Source: Eledone cirrhosa
Lineage: Eukaryota
Assembly (NCBI GenBank): GCA_964016885.1
Contig: OZ024741.1
Coordinates: forward strand, 302,808,001-302,872,000
DNA: 64,000 nt
Direction of reading: 5' to 3'
In this document: one piece after another, positions 13,127-26,582 of the stretch
How the letters are laid out: every line of letters starts with the position of its first letter
Position numbering within the stretch: position 1 is the first letter of the stretch
Translations under genes and position numbers: made by a program
The notes under the pieces: generated by a model
Told to the model about the DNA's origin: nothing
Seen by the model: the letters and a program-made list of their open reading frames with translations, nothing else
Database searches by the model: none

Positions 13127-13233
13127 CACACGAACACACGCGCACACACATACAATAAAGGCAAATACAGATAAATCTATTCATACACATATATGTATAC
13201 ATATTTAAGTAGATCTAACCATCGATACACATC

Positions 13234-13270
<37 letters not shown>

Positions 13271-13288
13271 ATATGTGTATATACATAC

Positions 13289-13326
<38 letters not shown>

Positions 13327-13613
13327 GCATATATATATATGTATGTATATATATATATGTATGTATATGTATATATATATGTATATATATATGTGTACAT
13401 ATATATGTATATATTTATATGTATATGTATATATATATTATATATATAGATGTTTATATATATATATATGTATATACATACTTTTAATGTATATACGTAT
13501 ACACACACATATATGTATGCATAAGCACATATAAAGAGGTGTGTTTGTAAAAAATTATAATGACATAGAACATTCATAAGGACACTGCCCTCTCACCACC
13601 ACCACCACCATCC

Positions 13614-13725
<112 letters not shown>

Positions 13726-13736
13726 CACCACCATTA

Positions 13737-13780
<44 letters not shown>

Positions 13781-14769
13781 ATAATAATAATTAACAACAA
13801 CAATAATAATAATAATTAACAACAACAACAATAATGGAAACCATTGCTATGATTACCGCCACTGCATCTCTCTCTTTTTTTCTTCCCCGCTGAGTTGTTG
13901 AATGGTAAAACCATCAAATGATGTTTTTCAGGCAGAGCAACCTTCAAAGGAGACAATCTGTCCGTTTTTCTCTGCTAACTGCAACTTTAAAACAGTAGAT
14001 CTTTGGCTTGCTATGTTGAGTTGATGGTCGTGGTCACCGACTCGAGAGCAACTGTAGTTTTTGTTGTGATTTGCTATTCTCTTTGGCTATAATGAGAATA
14101 GCAGCTTCACACACTATGCAATATACTGTTCTGTTCGTACAGGGATAAAGATTGACATTTCGTATGCCGCTCAGTGTCCTTGGCAAAACTCCTTTTAATA
14201 ATTATACATAGTATTTAGTTGTGCCCCTCTATCTCAGAGATGGGGAACCTGCAGCTTCCTATGCCATTCTGTGCGGCCTTTTGATTAAAAAAAAAAATAA
14301 TAATAATTGCAACAAATTGTTAATTTTTATTAATGAGTTTTTGTCTATCTCTTATTATTTTAATTTAAACCACTTATTGCTGGGAATCTACATTCTCCTA
14401 CCTAACCAAATTCAAAACGCTTTTGAGATCACAAATGGCGGATACCCTTCTCGAGATTCAGCTGAAACTGCAGACCTACATACTGCAACCAAATGTCAAA
14501 ATGTTTTCCTACAATAAGCAGTCACAACAAAGTCGTTAAAAGGTAGTTGGCTTTAAAATTACTTTTTTTTCGTTTTCTAGATAATTAGTATATAGTAATT
14601 AGATTTTTACAAAATTAATGTAGATTTTTAGAATATATAATTATGGTTTCTTGAATGCAGCCTTATTATATTACATGTAATTTAATGCAGCCTTTCAACA
14701 TAAAAGGTTCCATACCTCTGCTCTAAGATTTCAGTTTCGATCCCTACTAAAATCCTTCTCCGATTCCTT

Positions 14770-15112
14770 TCTGGGATGCCAAGTGTTGCGACACGTTCTT
14801 CGCCTCCAATCTTGATGCCACAGTAACAAACTCGGGCACTGACTAATCACTTTCTTTTCTTACCGGTTGTCGTCGAGACCTCCGGTGTCTTCGGCTCCCA
14901 AACTGCTGTTTTGCTTTGCAAAATTGGGAGAGTGCATCCCACCCGAGGAAGGAACCTCGTAAGGTGGAGTGGCTGATGCAACGTGTATCGCTGGCTGTCT
15001 TAAGAAGCAATGCTTTCGTCATCTTGTTCATCGAGTGGGGGTGGGGGCAGTTGAGATATTCCTCCCCTTCCTCTACTTTCATTATTTAATCTTTTCATTT
15101 TTATTGCAAATT
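14770..15112 (+). mobile_element. CRE-clade non-LTR retrotransposon 3' end (restriction-like endonuclease relic)
   Basis: Reads FLFLPVVVETSGVFGSQTAVLLCKIG..EPRKVEWLMQRVSLAVLRSNAFVIL with frameshifts; fits the CRE-type P.AVET.G..G / WL.QR.S.A..RGNA pattern. Confidence 0.7.
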
Positions 15113-16280
15113 GATAATTTTTCTAGGGTGTCTGCAGATTTAAAAAAAAACTAGAATTAGTCGTTTAGTTTACGTATAAAGACCCCCCCCCAACCCATCC
15201 TATTTATTTTATAATGTATGGGATTTCTAGTAATGTACTTTTTTTGTCATGTATAATGTTTTTTTTAATGTTTAAAGAAAATTAAATGTCGCAGGATTGG
15301 TACCACTAAAAATAAAATTTTACTGGAGACAGATTAGCAAAATTTAATAAGAGTGGAGGTTGGAATAAGAGCGGAGTGGGTGTTTGGCTGTGAAAAATTA
15401 ATAAGTGGAGGAGGGGAGATTATTCGAGACCAGAGAGTAGTTATGAATGTAGCTGATAGGTATATTAGTCCTGATAAGAGACTTCAGGAGATCTAAAGCC
15501 AAATATTCTAGCTCTTAATCGTATAAGTATTCCTACTGCACACTTGTTATACGTCATAAACGATTTGAGAATTCTATCGAAAGCAATGTTATTGCCCTTT
15601 ACACCAGCATAGCTTTCAACCGTGTCAATTAATCACTTACGACACCATTAGCTGAAAAGGTTTATGTCAATCATCAGGCATTGTGAAGTCTAACATTGGT
15701 TTCTAATTTAGGCACAAAGCCAGCAAATGTTGAGTGAAGAGCGAAGGGGATTAAATCAACCCCAGTAATTGACTGGTTCCTGAACTCAGAATGTAAAGAG
15801 CCAGAACAAATACGACAATAGTATTTTATCTGACGCTCAATCAATTGTACCAATCCACCACTCTTGACGTAATGGAGATCGTATTTACTTATTTTGAGAT
15901 CAAAGTAGAAACTCCTTCCCTTTTAAAATAATTTCACTAGATATAAATAGACTTAAATTTGATAGACTAGAAGTGAATGTAGCCAATACTGGTTTGATTT
16001 TACCATAACTAATATTCTACTACAAAATTGTAATAACTATTATGGAATCATTAATTTACAATTTTAACTTATTCATGATATTCTAATTTGCGACTTTAAG
16101 CTTAATTAGAGTTGAATATAATCTATTTCACTTAATACAAACTAAATTTAATTCAACAACTTAAATTTTCATTAGTACTAACTGGAGCAAAGAATATCAC
16201 TCAATATGAATTATCGTTCCAGTTGTGTCCCTTTAAAGAAATTGTTTTTTTTATCAAACGAACTATGATTATTTGTTCAT

Positions 16281-16460
16281 GGATTGGCAGTATTGGGAGA
16301 GGGTCGGACGCCATGCTTTGACGTATGGAGTTACGGCCCTTGCCATTCTGAGTTCAAATCCCGCCGAGGTTAACTTTGCCTTTCATCCTTACGGGGTCGA
16401 TAAAATAAAGTACCAGTAATGCACTGGATAATTGCTGGCCTTGTGCCTAACGTAGAAACA
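16281..16460 (+). mobile_element. Young SINE with 13-bp TSD
   Basis: TSD attatttgttcat at 16268 and 16461. Confidence 0.9.
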
Positions 16461-16640
16461 ATTATTTGTTCATAGATACAGCATAAATGAAATACTCGAG
16501 AGTTACAAATTGTGTTTTATGTTGTATATATATTAATTATTTAAATATTTATGCGTTTAATTCGCTTTGTTTGACATTGTTGCTGTCTTTCCACCCACCC
16601 ACATGCTTTCTGTTAATATTCTATTTAGAATTAAAAACAC

Positions 16641-16774
16641 TGGGTGGATAAATAATATCAGCTTCTGATGCTCTCCAGATAAGAAAGGTATAGATATATT
16701 TCACTGTGGATTAAGTCTCACTATATATATATATATTTGGAGATCATCAGAAGCTGATATTATTTATCCACCCA
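16641..16774. repeat. 37-bp inverted repeat around a (TA) tract
   Basis: tgggtggataaataatatcagcttctgatg(c)tctcca vs tggagatcatcagaagctgatattatttatccaccca; carries a CTGATGA remnant on minus. Confidence 0.85.
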
Positions 16775-16872
16775 TTGACGGGGAATAATCACAATAGTAT
16801 GCCTTTATTTCAAATTTATTTTTATTCCATGTCAGACCATGTCTCCCCTCATCAAGGAGACGGATTTCTTTA

Positions 16873-17211
16873 TTAAGTGGGCCAATTTATAATGTTTGTA
16901 TAAACAATGTTTATTATTTTTCCATTTGGTGCATAGATGAAAAGATTTGTCTGACTTCCTACTCTTGAATATCCAACGTATAGCTGATCATGGGTGAAGC
17001 AGGGCTCTTCAACGAGTAAACAGAAATAGGTTTGTCCTTGTGATTTGTTGATGGTCATGGCAAAACTAAAACTCACTGGAAATTTAAGCCGTATGAATTG
17101 AAATGGGACATCAGTGGTGAAAAGAGGAATTCTTGGAAAGACCACATCCTCTCCCTTATCATATTCTGTTGAAATGGTGGCTGGAATCACGTGTGGATAC
17201 ATATTTTTCAC
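16873..17211 (-). pseudogene. Helitron Rep/Hel PIF1-like helicase C-terminal relic
   Basis: GEDVVFPRIPL..FQFIRLKFPVSFSFAMTINKSQGQT..FTHDQLYVGYSRV matches PIF1 motifs V/VI as in Helitrons; internal deletion. Confidence 0.9.
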
Positions 17212-17579
17212 ACAAAGCTACACATTTTGTTAAAAAGCCTGTAGTCGATTTATTTGATTAATAGTTATTCTATCAACTCCAATGTGAAGAAAGGTTAAAA
17301 TACCCCTTTTCAGGATTTAAATTCAGAACATAACGCATCACAGCGAAATACGGCAACATATTTTCTTCTGACTCTCGGTCGATTCTGCCACTGCTTTAAT
17401 ATTGATTATAATAATACATTTCGAGTTCCATTCAGAATCTAAGTACATCATATGAGCAATCATTTTAGACAAGTGTAACAACTTTCCACTCAACCTCTTC
17501 TGAATATCTCAAGTTTAATTTCTATGTATTATTGTTGCTCTTAAATTAAAAAAGAAACGAAAGGAATATATATATAGAG

Positions 17580-17776
17580 AGGTAGAACACTGGAAGGTAA
17601 TATCCGTAGTGGTAGAGCACTCAGTCCATGGAACGAGTTAGGTAGAAGTGGTAACACAACAGTTAGATCACCATACCGAGAACAATTATTTCACCTTAGC
17701 GGATCCTCAGCTCGTTCCGCTAAGGTGAAATTATTGTTCTCGGTATGGGGAACTAACTGTTGTGTTACCACTTCTA
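17580..17776 (-). mobile_element. Family C fold-back element with HHR on minus (17676-17714)
   Basis: Minus strand cgag CTGAGGA tccgctaaggt GAAA taattg TT ctcg; arms about 17644-17703 and 17716-17776. Confidence 0.8.
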
Positions 17777-17808
17777 TATATATATATATATTATTAAAAT
17801 AACAGATT

Positions 17809-17863
17809 AAAGTTTAAGCAAAGAATCGCTGCTTTCACCCTTAACGGGATCTTCTGAAACTTT
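17809..17863 (-). ncRNA. Family D hammerhead-like motif (CAGAAGA core), 7-bp stem I
   Basis: aaagttt CAGAAGA tcccgttaagggt GAAA gcagcgattctttgc TT aaacttt. Confidence 0.7.
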
Positions 17864-17922
17864 TATATATATTTATCCTTATCGAGCCCTCTTTGGATTT
17901 TAGTCTTCAAATTTATTATTAT

Positions 17923-17953
<31 letters not shown>

Positions 17954-17958
<5 letters not shown>

Positions 17959-18388
17959 CGTATCTCCAAAGAAATACAGTTTTAGGAAGCCGTAGCTATG
18001 CAAACACCGGGGGGGGGGGGGGGGGGCTGACGCCCTCTGGTGATCTCCAGCAGAAGCAAGGGGGACAACCGACTATGTATTTCAGGCTTAACTGGCCATC
18101 GTCAGGACGGTCCTTCCCACCGCTTGCGTCTGCTGGACTAGAAGACAGGCGAGAATATATAGTTTTCTCGTCTGTGTAAATGAGGTGATTAATCTCTTTT
18201 GCATGTCCATTTCTAGTTCAGCAGTCGCAAGCGGCGGGAGGGACCGTCCTGACGATGGCCAGTTAAGCCTAAAAAGCATAGACGGTTGTCTCCCTTGCTT
18301 CTGCTGGACATCACCAGAGGGCGTTAGCCCCCCGGTGTTTGCATAGCTACGGCTTCCTAAAACTGTATTTCTTTGGAGATGCGAAATA
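17954..18388. mobile_element. Large fold-back element (family E), ~180-bp arms each with an HHR
   Basis: 17954-18143 is inverted against 18211-18388. Minus HHR accgtc CTGACGA tggccagttaagcct GAAA at about 18068-18111; plus copy at 18243 has GAAA changed to AAAA. Third copy at 53745-54020. Confidence 0.85.
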
Positions 18389-18699
18389 TTTATACATATT
18401 GTATAAAGCTATGCTTGAAGCGAAATCCTATTTCTTTTATATATATATATAAACTTAAGAAAATTAACAAAGAAGGACAAGACAACGAACGGAAACAAAA
18501 CAAAACGAAAAATAATTTTTTAAGAGTAAAACTTAAAAAATTATTTTTTGAAAATAACTATACAAACCAAGGACATAGAACTCCATGGGAATCAGCCGTA
18601 TTCGATCATAGCTTTATTCAACCAGGGCTGATTTGGGGGATAAAATACAGCAATTTGGCTTGGCCGGACATTTAACTAATTTATTATTTATCGTTCTCA

Positions 18700-19415
18700 T
18701 GGCGGTATTTTAGCTGAGTCGTTGGCGCATCTGATAAATACTTAGCAGTATTTGGTCCGACTCTTTGCGTTTTGAGTTCTAATCTCGGTGAGATCAAACT
18801 CGCTCTCCATCACGTTGCGGTTGATGAAATAAAGTACCAGTCATGTACTGTGGTCAATATAATCGACACACCAAATTGCTGGCCTTGTTTCAAAATTAGA
18901 AACAATTATCGTCATCGTTCACTGATAACTATTAATTTCTCTCATAGACACAAGTTCATGCATTTGAAGGATTGGTTTAATCGATTAAATCAACGCTGTA
19001 TATAACTACTACTTTATTTTATCGACCCATGAAAGATGAAGGCACAGTTAACATGAAAAGGCATTTTACCCGATGTTCTAACAATTTTGTGCATGCAATA
19101 GTTATTGTATATATGGACTCGTAACTCCTGATGGACTTATGGGGGCGCTGTCCTGACGTACACTTGAGTACTTTAAACATGGTGTTGACCACCTCTCTCC
19201 CGGTGGAAAAGTCGATTCTTTCCAGACGAGACGATTTGAATAAAAGATATAGAAAAGAATCGACACCAGTATTAGGTTGGTACTTATTTTATTGACCTGA
19301 ATGGATGAAAGCAAAGTCGCCTGCGGCAGGACTTGAACTCAAAGGGCGCAGAGAGCCCGAGCGAATACCGTAAAGCATTCTATCCGACGTTATAATGACC
19401 CTGCAAATTCACCTC
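18700..19415. mobile_element. Cluster of three diverged SINEs (+, -, -)
   Basis: B-box and central-domain motifs at about 18775, 19020 and 19300. Confidence 0.7.
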
Positions 19416-20589
19416 CTAGGAATAGTTAGTTCTTTAGTAATGATAGATACCTCTGTTACTTCATTAGTGTATTTTAAAAATAAGATATCACGATATTTAG
19501 ACAGTAGGTTACAATTTTAGAAAGAAGGCAAGTAATTACTCCGTGATGTTTAATGCTTTCTCTCTCAGGGGATTTAGTAACGTAGGTTTAGTAAAATGAC
19601 TACATCATGCTAGAAAAAGAACCAGCTCAAGAAGTTAGGTCACTATTTAATTACGGTGCTCACCACACAAATCGTTTCCTTATTAAATATACATAATTCT
19701 TGCATCGTTATAAATATATATCATATAACAGAAACAACAGCAGCAATAACAGCAATAATAACAACAATAACAACAGTAACAACAGCAGCAAAAATAACAC
19801 CTGGCACAAATCTCAGGAAACGAGTTGGTGGTGTCTCATTAACAGCTGATCTACACATGATCTGGAAATTTAGCTTGAGTTAAATGCTGACCACATATGT
19901 TGTTGTTTACACAAAAGAGGCACCAACCGTACTGTTTTCTTCCCAAGAGATATAAGATATACAAATTTGCTTTTCCATTCGTTATGAAATACTCGATTAA
20001 ATACAAGTGAAAACAGCAACTTTTTAAGTCGGCAATATTTTAATTCGGTCCTGTGAATCATGACCCCGATCAAACCTTACATTACATCTTATAGGGTCGT
20101 GTTATTAATTTAGTAGTTGATGATATATCAGTGAGATAATATAATTGGGTGATTATAATGACACATTCAATGACCTGTGAGATATCACAGTCATGAATGT
20201 CATTATCCAAACGGATCGTCCATTCACTACTGAAAACTGTGTTTCATTTAATGTATCTGCCGTAAGCCAATTTTAGTAGAGCTTTTATGACTAAAGGCTC
20301 ATTCGGGTGGAGCTTGTACCTGTTTCATGAGGCATTAAGGGACTGAGAATACAAGCCACGCCCTTCCCACTGAACAGGAAGCCAGTCTATTGCAAGTTTA
20401 ACCACAGCTGCTGCGGATGTTCATATTTTTCAGTTGAGTATGCTGGAACAACATCCATGATATAACAATCGTAAGCCTAACGCCGTATCCATTAGCTGGA
20501 GTAGCTTCCGGGAGCTCACAGTAGGAGTAGAACATAGCACTCGCCTCGCTTTGTCCAGTAACTTCTGAGGGAGTCGTATGGCCACCGTA

Positions 20590-21065
20590 TTTCTAGGGCA
20601 CTTTAAAACCTGGAGGAGCCCATCTCTTCTCCAGGTCTGAAGATAGTAGATTTCTTCCAGAGAAGGATAGAGAGTGAGAGAAAGGAAACAGAAAAAAGAT
20701 ATATAGAGGAAGAATCGACTCTAGTACTATACTGGTACTTTTTTTATTGACCTCGAATGGATGAAAGGCAAAGTTAATCACGGCGGGATTTGAACTTAGA
20801 GAACAGAGATCCTAAACGAATACAGCAAAACATTCTATCCGACGTTTTAAGGACTCTGTCAATTCGCCACCTTAGAACGTAGCACTAGATACTCCTAACT
20901 GTTGGATCGGTGAATTGGAAGAGACGTTAGAACGTCGGACAGAATGCTTTGCGGTATTCGTTCTTGCTCTCTGCACAATACCTGTTAAATAGTGGTTTCG
21001 ATTTAATCTTTTTTGCCTCCCCTAAAATTATTGGCTTTCTGTCTAAAGTAGAAATTCTTATCACT
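20590..21065. mobile_element. Two head-to-head diverged SINEs
   Basis: Minus copy to about 20870; plus copy from about 20905 with internal deletion. Confidence 0.65.
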
Positions 21066-21373
21066 AAAATTAAGGGGTATTTATGGAGCCGTAACTTCCT
21101 TCGATGGAGGCGGCTCAACTCACGCCGGCTGAACGCCACCACAAGTACAAGTAAGTAATAGTATTTTATCGGAGACTCTAATATTACAGTTCTAATGCTA
21201 CCCATGTGCGTAAAAGATGCCCGTTTTGTCGAAATAACTACAGATGTCGAAATAACTTCAGCTTCATCCGATTTTATAAGTATATCGGGTGTTACTGGCT
21301 ATTGTTGACATGGTATCTGTCCATATGCATGTTTATTTAATTATTTTTATTCAACGAATTTTTATTAAATATA

Positions 21374-22254
21374 CTAGCAGAAAACCACCCTTAGGGTGGT
21401 TTTCTGCTAACATGTGTAATGTGCATATTGATATTATACGCAAGTATATATATGCATGTAGATATGATACATCAAATAAAATCGTAATTGACAATATACA
21501 CAGAAATTGAACGAAGACTGGGTTACACTGTCTTATGTAATCAGTAACATAATCCATGATACATTAAAAAAAGACGATATTATATGTAAACTGCATTAGG
21601 AGAAAATTAGTGACGGAAATATTTATTTAAGCGATCGCTAACCGGAAGTGTAGACATTTGAAAATTTTAAAGAAATGAATCTTAAAATAAGCAACAATAT
21701 TATTTATATTTAATCAAGAATAACGAAATTTAGTAGATAAATTATGTAATATTCATTCATTATTTATTCAAAGGGCGGTGGATTGGCAGTATCGGTAGAG
21801 GGTCGGACGCCATGCTTTCCAGCATAGTTACGTCCCTTTATGATCTGAGTTCAAATCCCGCCGAGGTTGACTTTGCCTTTCATCCTTACGGGGTCGATAA
21901 AATAAAGTACCAGTAATGCACTGGGTGATTGCTGGCCTTGTGCCTAAAGTAGAAACAATTATTTATTCAAAGGGCGGTGGATTGGCAATATCGGTAGAGG
22001 GTCGGACGCCATGCTTTCCAGCATAGTTACGTCCCTTTACGATCTGAGTTCAAATCCCGCCGAGGTTGACTTTGCCTTTCATCCTTACGGGGTCGATAAA
22101 ATAAAGTACCAGTAATGCACTGGTGAATTGCTGGCCTTGTGCCTAAAGTAGAAACAATTATTTATTCAAAGTAATCCAACTTATTTTACAAACGGGATAA
22201 AAAAAAATATATTCTGGACGCAGTCCCGCACTCCTTACTTTATTATAGTTTAGA
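21374..22254 (-). mobile_element. Non-autonomous Helitron
   Basis: Minus strand begins A|TCTAAACTATAATAAAG and ends with 16-bp hairpin tagcagaaaaccaccc-taa-gggtggttttctg CTAG|T; no TSD. Confidence 0.75.
21773..22160 (+). mobile_element. Near-identical SINE tandem dimer nested in the Helitron
   Basis: 199-bp period; attatttattcaaag occurs three times (about 21759, 21958, 22157). Confidence 0.92.
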
Positions 22255-22255
22255 T

Positions 22256-22440
22256 AATGTTTGCAATAAAAAAGAAAGAAAAATTAACTAACGAATGTAA
22301 AGAGAAGTGGGGAGGGAGCAGTAAACTCTACACCATAGTCTAGGGCCTAGACTATAGTGGAGACTCTAGGCGGTGTATCTCAGCTGTTCCCCGCAGAGAA
22401 GATGGTGATGACATTGCTGCAGAGAGTATCCAGTGAAACC
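22256..22440 (-). mobile_element. CRE-like LINE extreme 3' end
   Basis: Similar to 61817-61995; minus strand reads SLDTLCSNVITIFSAGNS* then a T-rich UTR. Confidence 0.55.
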
Positions 22441-22621
22441 CGGTTGGGATCTATTTGCAGATAGGTTGACTGTACCGTTACCATGCTATGGTAACAAGCT
22501 TCGAACCAATCAGGTTTATGTTAGTATCCTACTCTTTGTCAACGTTGCTATTTGCGACACAAACTGCAAATGTTGATTTGTAATTTAGAGACAAGAACAA
22601 CAATTTGTGGGGAGAAGAAGA

Positions 22622-22816
22622 CAGACCTGCCAACCTCTAAAAATCCAAACGGGGAGTATCATAGAAAAAAGTGCCCCAAAACGGGGAGAAATGAGGAAAA
22701 ATGGGGAGATTTTACATAATGAAAGTTATACCCCTTTTCACAAGAGGAGACATCTCTCACCCATCTCAAAGTGGGTGGGAGATCTCCCCGTCGGACGGGG
22801 AGTGTTGACAGGTCTG
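22622..22816. mobile_element. hAT-like MITE nested in a SINE tail
   Basis: TIRs cagacctgccaac / gttgacaggtctg; subterminal ggggag repeats; agaaga on both flanks; host SINE resumes at about 22860. Confidence 0.7.
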
Positions 22817-24759
22817 AGAAGAGGGAGTAATAAAGAGGAAGTGAAAAAGAGACAGAGAAGAAAAATCGACCCCAGCACTGGTATTTTATTTTATCAACTT
22901 CGAAAGGATGAAAGGCAAAGACGACCTCGGTGGGATTTGAATTCAGAACTTAGAGACTGGGAACAAATACTGCGAAGCATTTGTCAGACGCTCTAACAAC
23001 TCTGCCAATCTACTGCGCTCTAACTGAAATTAATATTTAATTTTTGCCTTGATAAAGAAGGCTGTTATTGTTGTTGTTTAGCCGATGTTTTCCCTGATGT
23101 AGATCTACGACTAAAAGTTAGATCAAGCAGATCTATGTAAAAGCTTAGATTGTGTACATATCTGAATGAAAGCTTTCCATTTTAAAAAATATATCAAAGG
23201 CTACATTGTCCAATGTGTCTTAATCTCTTTTAAGAAGATAGAGTCTTATTGAGGGAATGAAGCTGCTATTTCTACCAATTCAAGTGTCTGCGTAGAGACT
23301 CCTTCACTGAGCGAGTGGTTTGGTGATCCATCTAAACATTTATCACTGATTCTTTCAGCTGATTCTTAATGTTATTCTTCTCGATGTTTTGCACATAGAC
23401 AAATGCACTCAGTCTTATCTATATTGGGAAAGGGGTAAATCATCAGACAAGATGCTCTGTGGTATTTATTGCGGCACCTCGCGTTCAAATTCCACGTTCG
23501 AATGTCTCTGCTAATTCGTCGACTCATATAAATAGTTACTACAGTTAAAATTAAGTTGCGGGGTTGGGTAGCATGTTGGTGGATCTGCAGAATCGTAAGA
23601 GCATCATTCAAAATACTTTGCAGCATTTAGTTACGGCCCTTTATGTTTTGAGTTCACATCTCAGAATTCCGAGCTCGATAAAATATACTGGAGTCGATGC
23701 AAAGCCCCCCCCCCCCCCCCCCCCCTTCGCCCAACAAATTGGCCTTGTGCCTAAATTAGAAATCATTAGAGTTAGGATAACAAATTTAAATCCCAGAAAG
23801 GCAAACTTTCCCTGTCTTCATTCCGGGGTCGATAACTAAAGTAACATCTAGGTTAGTGGATTTAATGACCCAAATAACTTTTAAGGCTCCAATTTAATCC
23901 TTTGGAGGTCAATAAAGATTCGTCCTCTATATCTCTTTCTCACTTCTTTTTTGTCACACTCTCTCTCGCTTTCTCTAGAAAAAAGTAGCTGTCTTCAGAT
24001 TGGAGAGAGGATAGGCTTTGCTTAGGTTTTAAAATGTTACAACACCTCTACGGCTCCATCAGGAGTTACGGGTTCATACATACATACATACTAAGATACG
24101 ACAATATATAGGTCAGTGTATTTTAATCGCATCTTTTTACAGCAATTATTAGAAAAACGGGAGTATGTTGTGATACAAAAAGTTGACTTGATGGACAAAA
24201 ATGACAAAAACCAATGTGATTTTGGAGACCAATGCCCGAATTTAATCGAACACAAGTCTTAGATGTATCTCAGCAATAATTGTGTTGCACAAGATGTTGG
24301 ATTAGCAGAATTGATAGAGTGTCGAATAAAATGTCATTGTGCTATTTGTCCTAGCTCTTTACATTCTGAGTTGAAAATCCCCCTGAGGTCAGCTTTGACT
24401 TTCACCCACCCAGGTCGATAATATAAAGTACCAAGGCTTGATTTAACAAACTTTAACCTTCCCCCAAAATTTAACCTTTTATAGCGTAATTCTACACTCA
24501 TGACTAAATTTATCACCGATTACGGCATTATCTTTTTGGATATATTTTCATAGGCTACGTAATAAATTATAACACCGTCATATAATATCATTCCTTGTGC
24601 CTAAATTAGAAAATTTATGAATGTTTTTTTTTCTCCACGAACACATCGAATTAAGACACGATATCTCATCAGGTTAAATATCTGTAGAAGAATCCAAGTA
24701 TACGTCTTTGCGGAGCTAAGAAGTCAACAAATTACGAATGAAACAAGTAGTAGAATAGA

Positions 24760-25075
24760 CATCCGTCAGTTTTGACAAGTGTTTCAGTTGTTCGAACAAT
24801 GGAACAGCCTGTTCGTGAAATCAACATGCAAGTGACTGAGTATTACTCAGACATGTATTCATTTAACGTAGTTATCAGGGAGATTCAGCGTAACACAGTA
24901 TGTGACGAGGTTGGAACTTTAGATTACAGGTACGACTTATTTTTGTTGGCAGAGTAGACCAGAGCAACGTGAAATAAAGTCTCTTGCTCAAGGACATAAC
25001 GTGCCACTGGGAGTCGAACTTGTGACCTTACGGTTATGAACCAAACATCCGAACTACTAAGCCATGTGACTTCAC
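24760..25075 (-). mobile_element. CORE-type tRNA SINE with a distinct 3' domain
   Basis: Reverse complement of gtccttgagcaagagactttatttcacgttgct plus tRNA head; the 3' domain also occurs at 11100-11230. Confidence 0.7.
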
Positions 25076-25559
25076 TCTTAGGAGGTCTATTTGTCCATAA
25101 AATGCCACACTTGCTGCTGAATTGCAGAAAACAGCTTTTTATTGCAGTTTTAGTGTTATTAAGACTTAATTAAGTTACTAAGTTATTAAACGGGTTTTAA
25201 TTAGCAGTTTTCATATTTAATGCTTTTTATTGCGGCAAAAATAAATAATATCATTCAGTAATGGGCACTTGTTGCAGATTATAGATGCAGTTGATAATGA
25301 GGGAAATTATAAACATGATGAAACTTTATAGCTAGATAAAGAGAAGTATATGTTTAAGGAGGAGAATAGGGAAGAGTATTTAGGCGCAGGCATAGCTGTA
25401 TGGTTAACAACCACGTGCTTCTTAGTTCCTTCCCATTGGGAAAGTCTAATCTATTATAACTTCGTATTGATCTATTCTTTGTGAATGGAATTTCGTGGAC
25501 GGAATTTGTGGAGAAATACAATCGACCTTCCATTCCCCAAAGCTGAACATTCACCCCTC

Positions 25560-25960
25560 ATTTCAACACCTTGCCCTTTCACACTCTTTTGTGGTGAGCT
25601 TCAGGTCGGTAATAAGATTGAGCCGTTTCTGTGCTGCAGCAAACTGTGTGCCTTATCCCAAGGCAGTTTCCAATAACATCCAACAATTAATTAAAAGCAC
25701 TTCTTCATCGACGACAGATCCAGTTGAAGATCATAAACTGTTAAAGTAACGGCCGCTTTTTACTTGAACCTATAATACTGGAGACTTCCGGTATTCTTCG
25801 TTCCTGAATCCCTTCCCTAGTCACAACTATCGGAACGAAGTTGAACAACTACAGGAGGGAGCTTCGCGAGTTATAATGGCTATTTCAACACCTCTATCTT
25901 CTGGGGGTAACGTTTTCTCTATTCTGTCCGCTGGGACCATGAGATGGTGTGTGCTTGGGG
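25560..25960 (+). mobile_element. CRE-clade LINE C-terminal relic
   Basis: EDHKLLK*..EPIILETSGIL..SLVTTIGTKL..REL*WLFQHL..GNVFSILSAG. Confidence 0.65.
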
Positions 25961-26384
25961 TTTTGCACGGCGAAGAGCGTTCTCCCACATTGGTCAGGCA
26001 TTTATCATTGTGGTAACGAATGTAACAGAAAACATATAACTAATAAAACCAACCGTAGAAAGCTTTCCACATGGTTTAACTTCAAATATACCTAGATAGT
26101 TCTTTAAACAAAAACTTTCCACAATCACATAAATATCATATATTATTAAATATAAATACTATAAAACTTTTTTTCAACAACACCTAATTTAGCTGAATAT
26201 TTAGCAGCATGTAATAATGCTAAATTAAATAAATATAATTTAATGCCTGATAATTCAGTAGATGCCATCATGATAAGAGTACAGGTAATTAGAAAGATCT
26301 CATCCTCGAGGAAGCCTGAACCAATGTAATAATCCTAACACTCATGCTAACAAACGTAATAAACCTAATACTCATACTAACATA

Positions 26385-26582
26385 ATGATTTCTAGTATAG
26401 GCACAAGGCCAGTAATTTGGGGGCAGGGGAAAGTTGATTAAATTGATCCCAGTACGTTACTGGCGCTTTATTTTATCGACCCCGTAAGGATGAAAGGCAA
26501 GGTTAACCTCGGCTGATTTGAACTCAGACAGTAAAGGACCGTAACTCTACGCTGCAAAGCATGGTGTCCGACTCTACCGATA
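26385..26582 (-). mobile_element. SINE
   Basis: Consensus motifs of the main family. Confidence 0.85.

Noticed and set aside
13925-14020. Possible host exon after ttttcag
   Set aside because: All three frames stop within about 100 nt, with no recognisable protein or partner exons.
15340-15440. Possible DNA-transposon terminus with aataag subterminal repeats
   Set aside because: No matching opposite terminus found in the window.
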